Origin: Thiotrichaceae bacterium
Lineage (GTDB): Bacteria > Pseudomonadota > Gammaproteobacteria > Thiotrichales > Thiotrichaceae
DNA: 64,000 nucleotides
NCBI GenBank assembly: GCA_015490895.1
Contig: WFWY01000148.1
Coordinates: 5,522-69,521 of the forward strand
Direction: 5' to 3'
The notes beneath the pieces are model-generated. The model was given only the letters and a program-made list of their open reading frames with translations, was not told the DNA's origin and ran no database searches. This document shows positions 58,318-64,000 of this stretch, in pieces (positions within the stretch are counted from its first letter, which is position 1; the number at the start of each line of letters is the position of its first letter). The translations under genes were made by a program, and so were the position numbers.

Positions 58318-59166
58318 ATGAAACCAAGTGTGCAAGAATTTCTCGACTGGGAGCATAAATCCATCACCTTGCTGGGGATGTCAGGAGTGGGAAAAACTTT
58401 TCTCTCTACGCTGCTCAGGGAAAAAGACTGGTTTCATTATTCCGGAGATTACCGTATCGGAACACGTTATCTGAATGAAGCGATTCTGGATAATATCAAG
58501 CTACAAGCCATGCAGGTGCCCTTCTTGTGCGATTTGCTGCGCTCGGATTCCATTTATATCGAGAATAACATCACGGTTGATCACTTAAAGCCGGTTTCCA
58601 CCTTTCTGGGCAAGCTGGGTAATGTTGAGAAAGGTGGGCTGCCCCTGAAAGAATACAGGCGGCGACAGGCATTACATCGTGAAGCTGAAATTGCGGCAAT
58701 GAATGATGTACCTGATTTTATTAGCAAGGCACGGAGTATTTATGGTTTTAATCACTTTGTTAATGATGCCGGCGGCAGTGTGTGTGAGCTTGATGATCCG
58801 TCTGTAATGGCGTTGCTTGCGGAACATACGCTTATTCTTTATATCAAGGCGTCAGAGGCAGATGAAAATACCCTGATTGAGCGGGCAAAATCGGCACCCA
58901 AACCGATGTATTATCGTCCTGAATTTCTGGATCAGTTATTGAGGGAATATATGCAGGAAAAAAGTCTTGATTATACTTCCATGATCGACCCGGACTGTTT
59001 TGTACGATGGTCATTTCCCCGGCTGTTTTATGCGCGTATCCCGCGTTATGATGCTATTGCTGAAAAATATGGCTATACCGTGACGACTGAAGAACTGTTT
59101 CAGGTGAAAAACGAAATGGATTTTGTTGAACTGGTGGCGCAGGCTATCAGCAGGAAAAAGGATTAA
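58318..59166 (+). CDS. P-loop NTPase, shikimate/NMP-kinase-like, unknown substrate
   Basis: Walker A LLGMSGVGKTF near the N-terminus. 282 aa. Ends 4 nt before metA. Confidence 0.6.
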   Translation: MKPSVQEFLDWEHKSITLLGMSGVGKTFLSTLLREKDWFHYSGDYRIGTRYLNEAILDNIKLQAMQVPFLCDLLRSDSIYIENNITVDHLKPVSTFLGKLGNVEKGGLPLKEYRRRQALHREAEIAAMNDVPDFISKARSIYGFNHFVNDAGGSVCELDDPSVMALLAEHTLILYIKASEADENTLIERAKSAPKPMYYRPEFLDQLLREYMQEKSLDYTSMIDPDCFVRWSFPRLFYARIPRYDAIAEKYGYTVTTEELFQVKNEMDFVELVAQAISRKKD

Positions 59167-59170
59167 ATGT

Positions 59171-60238
59171 ATGCCATTAGTTGCTCATAACAAACTGCCT
59201 ACCTTTGCACGACTGAACCAGGAAGGACAAACGGTTCTGCAACCCGAACGTGCGTTTCAGCAAGATATACGGGAACAGCATATTGGCTTGTTAAACATGA
59301 TGCCAGATGCCGCGCTGGAGGCAACAGAGAGGCAGTTTTACCGCCTGATTGGTGAGAGTAATCCCATTATTCAGATTTATATTCACCCCTTTACCTTGCC
59401 GGAATTGCCACGGGGAGAAAAAGCACAACAGCATATTGATCGTTATTACGAAACCTTTGAAGATTTGCAGCGCGATGGACTGGACGCACTGATTATCACC
59501 GGGGCGAATGTGACTCAACCTGAGCTGTCAGCAGAGCCTTTTTGGGAGCCCCTGACCAGGGTAGTGGAATGGGCCACGCAGCATGTAACATCAACCCTCT
59601 GTTCCTGTTTGGCTACCCATGCCGTGATGGAGTTTCGTCATGGGCAAAAGCGTCGTCCCTTAAGAGAGAAGCGCTGGGGGGTGTATACACACCAAATCAC
59701 CCATCCACATCCACTGGTACGCGGTGTTAATAGCCAGTTTGATGTGCCACACTCCCGTTTTAATCAGGTGGACAGGGCGCAGTTTGACGAGGCAAAAGCA
59801 ATCGTACTGGCAGAGAGTGAGGTGGCAGGCGTTCATTTGGCAGTCAGTCGGGATGGGTTACGATTAGTCTATTTCCAGGGGCACCCGGAATATGATGCTA
59901 TTAGCCTGTTAAAAGAATATAAACGGGAAGTCATACGTTTTTTTTATCGGCAACGTAGGGACTACCCTCCCTTTCCGGTCAATTATTTTGACAGCTATGT
60001 GCGATCCATTTTTGATGAGTATCAGGATCGGGTGCAAGCAGCGATGGATAACCATGGTGATTTGCCGGAATTTCCTGAAAAGCTGATTGTGCATCGAATT
60101 CATAATACCTGGCACGATACTGGTGAAGCAATTATCGGCAAGTGGTTGGGGCTGGTTTACCAGTATACCAACCCCGACCGACGGTTGTATCTTATGGAGG
60201 GTGTTGATCCCGATAATCCGCTTGGTTTAGCCATTTAG
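59171..60238 (+). CDS. metA: Homoserine O-acyltransferase, MetA family
   Basis: IGLLNMMPD, ALIITGA, and the TSTLCSCLATHA nucleophile region. Start moved to ATG 59171. Confidence 0.88.
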   Translation: MPLVAHNKLPTFARLNQEGQTVLQPERAFQQDIREQHIGLLNMMPDAALEATERQFYRLIGESNPIIQIYIHPFTLPELPRGEKAQQHIDRYYETFEDLQRDGLDALIITGANVTQPELSAEPFWEPLTRVVEWATQHVTSTLCSCLATHAVMEFRHGQKRRPLREKRWGVYTHQITHPHPLVRGVNSQFDVPHSRFNQVDRAQFDEAKAIVLAESEVAGVHLAVSRDGLRLVYFQGHPEYDAISLLKEYKREVIRFFYRQRRDYPPFPVNYFDSYVRSIFDEYQDRVQAAMDNHGDLPEFPEKLIVHRIHNTWHDTGEAIIGKWLGLVYQYTNPDRRLYLMEGVDPDNPLGLAI

Positions 60239-60279
60239 ACAGGGGCTGCTTGAAGCAAAAAAATAAAGTAAAAAAGTAT

Positions 60280-60307
60280 TTGACATATGCGTATATAATA
60301 ATATACT
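60280..60307 (+). promoter_or_regulatory. Near-consensus sigma-70 promoter of the GNG-repeat protein gene
   Basis: TTGACA (60280-60285), a 16-nt AT-rich spacer, then TATACT (60302-60307). AGGAGA lies 6 nt before ATG 60379. Confidence 0.6.
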
Positions 60308-60378
60308 TATATTCGAATCTAATAATTCACCTCTGTAGTCACACATTAATTAATACATATTTCGTTAGGAGAAATAAC

Positions 60379-60852
60379 ATGAAACTTCAAACTATCGCAT
60401 TCGCAGCACTGGTTGCATTCTCTACTACAGCTTCTGCTGACTGGTTCGACGGCATGAACAATGGTACAGGCAATGGGCAGGCAGCTGGCAATGGTCAGGC
60501 ATGGACAACAGGTAACGGTAACGGCGCTGGTAATGGTGCTGGTAAATTGAATGGTTGGGGTGCTGGTAAAGGCGACGCTGACGGTGAAGTTGATTTTGCA
60601 ATCACCTTCAAAGGCAAAGGTCGCACTAGCATGGATACAAAAATGGCTGCTGATGGCCAGGGCGAAGCAACAGGTAATGGCCTGGCTGACTGGACAGGTG
60701 CGGGTAATGGTGCTGGTAACTCAGCAGCAAGTGCTACAGGTACTAACAATACAAATGGCGTGGGTACTTTCCCAGGAAACAATGCTCCTGTTTATATGCC
60801 TGCTCCAGTAGCTGCTCCTGCTGCCAAAGCGGAAGTAAAAGCTGAAAAATAA
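60379..60852 (+). CDS. Secreted Gly/Asn/Ala-rich low-complexity protein with GNG repeats
   Basis: Signal peptide MKLQTIAFAALVAFSTTASA. Seven GNG motifs are interspersed with W/D. The central motif is GDADGEVDFAITFKGKG and the C-terminus is APVAAPAAKAEVKAEK. Confidence 0.7.
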   Translation: MKLQTIAFAALVAFSTTASADWFDGMNNGTGNGQAAGNGQAWTTGNGNGAGNGAGKLNGWGAGKGDADGEVDFAITFKGKGRTSMDTKMAADGQGEATGNGLADWTGAGNGAGNSAASATGTNNTNGVGTFPGNNAPVYMPAPVAAPAAKAEVKAEK

Positions 60853-60880
60853 GACTGATTTCTTAGTCAGCAAGTAAGAA

Positions 60881-60911
60881 AGGCCAGCGTATGCTGGCCT
60901 TTTTTCGTTTT
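60881..60911 (+). terminator. Rho-independent terminator
   Basis: AGGCCAGC-GTAT-GCTGGCCT is a perfect 8-bp stem, followed by TTTTTCGTTTT. Confidence 0.85.
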
Positions 60912-61202
60912 GTATCCTTGATCAGAAAGGATAGATATGATTGAGTATCCTGATAAATCTAAATTCCTCAGCTGACCGCTGTGAGTCAGTATCGAGCTTA
61001 TGATTTTACATGAACATAGTGCTTATTCAGGCTTCACCCAATGGGTGAGATTGCTACAGGGTAGATTGCACAACTGTGATAGTGCATACCTGTGTTGTAA
61101 TTACTTGAAAGGGAAAACATTCCGCGCAGTTATGGATGGCGCTGAATAGTTACAAATCAGATATGTTGTTTTTTTGCCTACATGGGTATCGCAGGTTCCA
61201 GA

Positions 61203-62528
61203 TTAAAAGTAGCGTTGAATTTCTAGTTGTATGAAATCATCATTTCGCAGCGTATTAAAAATTTGGTCACTGGGATCAGAGCTGCTGATGGTCTGTAGTT
61301 CAAGGTTAATTTTTGTCGTATCACCCAGTCGACGACTTGCTTCGACACGAAAAGACTGGCTTTGATTATCAAGGTCAAAAAGCCCACCAGCCAGAATTTC
61401 TGTACTTTGTGTATCATTCAGAGCAAGGCGTGCACCGATGAAAATATCGTTTTGAAAGGGAGTTGTGGCCTGGTCATCACGTGAGTCATAGTGATACTCC
61501 ATCAGAGTGCCAAGATCAGCGGCCGAATCATTAACACCGGTAAAGGTGTATTCAAAGCCTCCCGCTGCTGCATTGTAGTCAGAGTCGCGGTATTCCCGGC
61601 GTAATGCTTCGAATTTCCATAGCCAGGCTTCACTGGTGTATTGCAGATCCAGGCCAAGTTGTTGTATCTGGCGATAGAAAGGGCGTGCTGTGGTGTTGCT
61701 GACTGGCACGAAAGCAGGTTCCCGTGATGTGCCATCAAACCAGGAGAGTCCCAGGTCAATCGCATCAAAGGTATGATCCCATCGCAATGCATAATCGAGG
61801 TGACGCTCTTCATCTGAAGATTCGTACATCGGGTTGCTGGTGTCTATGACGAGTGGTAAGCGCAGACGACCTGCTGCTCCCGGAAAAGTACGCTCCCGAA
61901 AATAAGGTAATAAATACAGGCCAAATGAGCCGTTATCCATCATGCGGCTGATGCGTAGCATGGGTTGTCCCAGCTTGTCTTCTCCATCTATATTTTCAAC
62001 ACTGTCGGTCTGGTTGATAATATCAACCAGGTGTTGGGACTCTATGACTCCCCAAAAAACTTTACTAATCCCGGCCTGAAGCTCCCAGTTTTCTGTGGCA
62101 ACGGTTGCATCTAGCTGGCGTATATCGGCATGAGTACGGGCATTGTCTTTATTATCCCAGCGGTAAAAAGGGATAAAGGTAGCGGATTTACGGTCGTTGT
62201 CCCAGCTTTTCCGAAATTCGGGTTGCAGGCTGATAGAGAAACCACCTCCTTGCTGGCCGGGGTAGAGAGCATCTTGAGAGAAATAGCGCGTTTCCAGTGC
62301 GATATTGCCTGAAAAATCGATAAGTGGTGTTGCTGTGATTGCTGCTGCTTCATTGTCAGCACTATCAGGGCTTTCATCGCTGCTTTTGAGGGAGGGGTTG
62401 TCGGTGTCAGAGGTGGCTCGGTTGTTTGCGAGCGTGCCTGTTTCAGGTGTCGGGGGAAGAGCCATGGTTTGCGTGGAAAGCAGCAGGCTGCTGAAAATAA
62501 GCGGGTGAAGTAGTGAGTATGTTTTCAT
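61203..62528 (-). CDS. Outer-membrane beta-barrel protein (family not recognised)
   Basis: Signal peptide. Alternating hydrophobic beta-strand pattern rich in Y/F/W/D/N. The C-terminal residue is Phe (LEIQRYF). Confidence 0.6.
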   Translation of the reverse strand: MKTYSLLHPLIFSSLLLSTQTMALPPTPETGTLANNRATSDTDNPSLKSSDESPDSADNEAAAITATPLIDFSGNIALETRYFSQDALYPGQQGGGFSISLQPEFRKSWDNDRKSATFIPFYRWDNKDNARTHADIRQLDATVATENWELQAGISKVFWGVIESQHLVDIINQTDSVENIDGEDKLGQPMLRISRMMDNGSFGLYLLPYFRERTFPGAAGRLRLPLVIDTSNPMYESSDEERHLDYALRWDHTFDAIDLGLSWFDGTSREPAFVPVSNTTARPFYRQIQQLGLDLQYTSEAWLWKFEALRREYRDSDYNAAAGGFEYTFTGVNDSAADLGTLMEYHYDSRDDQATTPFQNDIFIGARLALNDTQSTEILAGGLFDLDNQSQSFRVEASRRLGDTTKINLELQTISSSDPSDQIFNTLRNDDFIQLEIQRYF

Positions 62529-62548
62529 AACGTCCTTTAATGGCAGGG

Positions 62549-63004
62549 TTATAACCAGCGTCTTACAGATTGCTTATAGTCTAGGTAGGCTTGTCCAAAT
62601 TTTTCTTCAAGTATTTTTTCTTCCGGAATAATTTGTTGATGGGTTAATACACCCATAAATAATGGAATCAGAAAGAAAGGGCTCAGGCTACCCAGGTAAA
62701 TGGCCCAGCCCGTGAGGACGGTCAGCAGCCCAACATACATGGGGTTACGGGTATAGCGGTACATGCCGCTGGTTACAAGCTGGCTGGCCTTCTCCGGGGT
62801 AAAGGGGTTAGGTGTGGTATGGCGTTTGAAAAACAGCAACAGAGATGAAAGATCCAGTAGTAATGCGGCTGCGATGATTCCCAGCCCTCCTTTATTCCAG
62901 GGGGCTGGTATCCACTCCAGCAGGGGAAGGTGCCGATCCAGTAACCACATCAACCCGGCAAAAAGAAGCATATAGGCTGGGGGTGGTATTTTAAGTTTTA
63001 ACAT
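62549..63004 (-). CDS. Isoprenylcysteine carboxyl / phospholipid methyltransferase-family membrane protein
   Basis: TSGMYRYTRNPMYVGLLTVLTGWA and EEKILEEKFGQAYLDYKQSVRRWL are the characteristic ICMT/PEMT C-terminal motifs. Confidence 0.75.
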   Translation of the reverse strand: MLKLKIPPPAYMLLFAGLMWLLDRHLPLLEWIPAPWNKGGLGIIAAALLLDLSSLLLFFKRHTTPNPFTPEKASQLVTSGMYRYTRNPMYVGLLTVLTGWAIYLGSLSPFFLIPLFMGVLTHQQIIPEEKILEEKFGQAYLDYKQSVRRWL

Positions 63005-63015
63005 GTGTCGTCCAG

Positions 63016-63831
63016 TTAGCGCCTTTTTATGGCGTTTTGGTTAAAGTCTCTCGGTGTCAGGCCATTTTGGAATGTATAGTTCGTCCATGTAAGGGTCGTG
63101 GATTTCCCGGTTTGATGGTTCTGCATGTGCATTTTGGAAGGTCGCCAGTAGCGGCCGATATACTCTTTATAGCCTGAAGAAAGCAGTGTTTTCAGTTTGC
63201 TGCCCTTGCGGTCGTAAAATTCTATCTTGACCGGGCGATACTCTTTGGTATCAATCCAGCCGACCTGTCTGGAATAGCCGGAGTATTTATAGGCCGGTTT
63301 GCGCTCGATAACGTGGCAAGTCCAGCCATTACCACAGGGTTCTTCACGCAGGTAGTTATAGGTGTATTTTTCCACCTCCTGGGAGCCCAGGTCTTCAAAG
63401 GCGAACTCGCTGCCCATAAACGGCCCCGATTTGTTGCGCGAGTTGATCCGCTTCACCCGTTTCAGGGCGGGCAGATAAAGCCATTGGTCATCGGGCTTCA
63501 AGCCGTGTGAATGGGTTAGCATGGTGGTGCCTTTGACATCTGCCGGAGAGTCAAAATAGGAGAGACTTTTGTCACCATCACCGGGAACCTCCAGAGTTTT
63601 AATACGCATTTTTCGAACACTGGTTTTACCGGCACGGTTAGTCAGTATCATCGTCATATCGGCGGTAAAGTCCTGAAAGCCGGCATCCCGTGCATCGGCT
63701 TCCCTGGCTATTCGTAGCCCCTTTTGCTGTGAGGTTTCTGCGTGCAGGGTTGTTGAGATGACGGCAAGCAGGGTAAAACAGGCGATTGCCCATAGTGTTG
63801 CTGATTGGGTGATTATTATATTATTTTTCAT
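63016..63831 (-). CDS. Outer-membrane lipoprotein-sorting (LolA-like) protein
   Basis: Signal peptide. QKGLRIAREADARDAGFQDFTADMTMILTNRAGK...DDQWLYLPALKRVKRI is typical of LolA-like partners of MMPL/RND exporters. Start moved to ATG 63831. Confidence 0.7.
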   Translation of the reverse strand: MKNNIIITQSATLWAIACFTLLAVISTTLHAETSQQKGLRIAREADARDAGFQDFTADMTMILTNRAGKTSVRKMRIKTLEVPGDGDKSLSYFDSPADVKGTTMLTHSHGLKPDDQWLYLPALKRVKRINSRNKSGPFMGSEFAFEDLGSQEVEKYTYNYLREEPCGNGWTCHVIERKPAYKYSGYSRQVGWIDTKEYRPVKIEFYDRKGSKLKTLLSSGYKEYIGRYWRPSKMHMQNHQTGKSTTLTWTNYTFQNGLTPRDFNQNAIKRR

Positions 63832-63840
63832 AATGTTATC

Positions 63841-64000
63841 TTCATTTTTGTTTAGTAGACGGGTTTGCATGACCGTTGAGCCACTTGTCTATGGTGAGCA
63901 TCAAGGGAGGTAAAAAGAAGAAGTCAACGATCAGGGCAAAACTAATAACAATAGAGACCATCAGCCCCATTGAAGAGTTCAACTCAAACGATGAGGTGGC
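63841..64000 (-). CDS. RND/MMPL-type exporter, C-terminal end (5' part outside the window)
   Basis: The minus-strand frame is open to the window edge (...ATSSFELNSSMGLMVSIVISFALIVDFFFLPPLMLTIDKWLNGHANPSTKQK*). The hydrophobic terminal helix and the adjacent LolA-like partner support the call. Confidence 0.5.

Noticed and set aside
1-64000. Search by eye for tRNA T-loop motifs (GGTTCGAATCC-like), rRNA, CRISPR repeat-spacer periodicity, integrase/transposase genes and classical defence genes
   Set aside because: None were found. The window appears to be core chromosome, with the MITE-like repeats as the only mobile-DNA signature.

Overview
The window looks like a gammaproteobacterial chromosomal core region, mid-40s % GC by eye. 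It is densely packed with housekeeping genes. I saw no rRNA, tRNA, CRISPR array, prophage, transposase or recognisable defence island.

Recognisable blocks:
- uvrA (3' part), prfC, rpsT, and xseB-ispA-dxs-queD.
- A Pseudomonas-like pyrC'-pyrB-pyrR-ruvX-yqgE-tonB block.
- hslVU, DUF971-hisI-yidD, a yibN-like rhodanese-grxC-secB-gpsA block, bipA and argD-argF.
- rpsF-rpsR-DUF2232-rplI, a trx-alkB-cbiX-DUF523 operon, and hisBHAF-hisE-tatABC.
- oppBCDF, glnS, pntAA-AB-B and metA.
- An OMP / methyltransferase / LolA-like / RND cluster at the right edge.

Observations worth a second look:
1. An operon-like cluster at 17758-21035, possibly extending to 22542. It encodes a Ras-like GTPase fused to a Roadblock/LC7 domain, a second Roadblock-like protein, a Cache-HAMP membrane sensor with no output domain, and a small membrane protein. 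This resembles a kinase-less MglA/MglB or conservon-type switch. It is my best candidate for an undescribed signalling system.
2. A MITE-like repeat family with terminal inverted repeats close to TTAAGGAGACTCTGATYAAGTC. Two ~166-bp, ~96 % identical copies lie in inverted orientation around the ribosomal-protein operon. Short or solo copies sit at many gene 3' ends.
3. A 430-bp AT-rich spacer between the convergent glnS and pntB genes. It carries two perfect tandem DnaA boxes, an IHF-consensus site and a third near-consensus box.
4. An ArsR-family regulator whose two cysteines have SqrR/BigR-like spacing, located between two rhodanese genes.
5. A Gly/Asn-rich (GNG-repeat) secreted protein with a near-consensus promoter and a strong terminator.

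All functional calls come from reading the translated ORFs. No database search was run.
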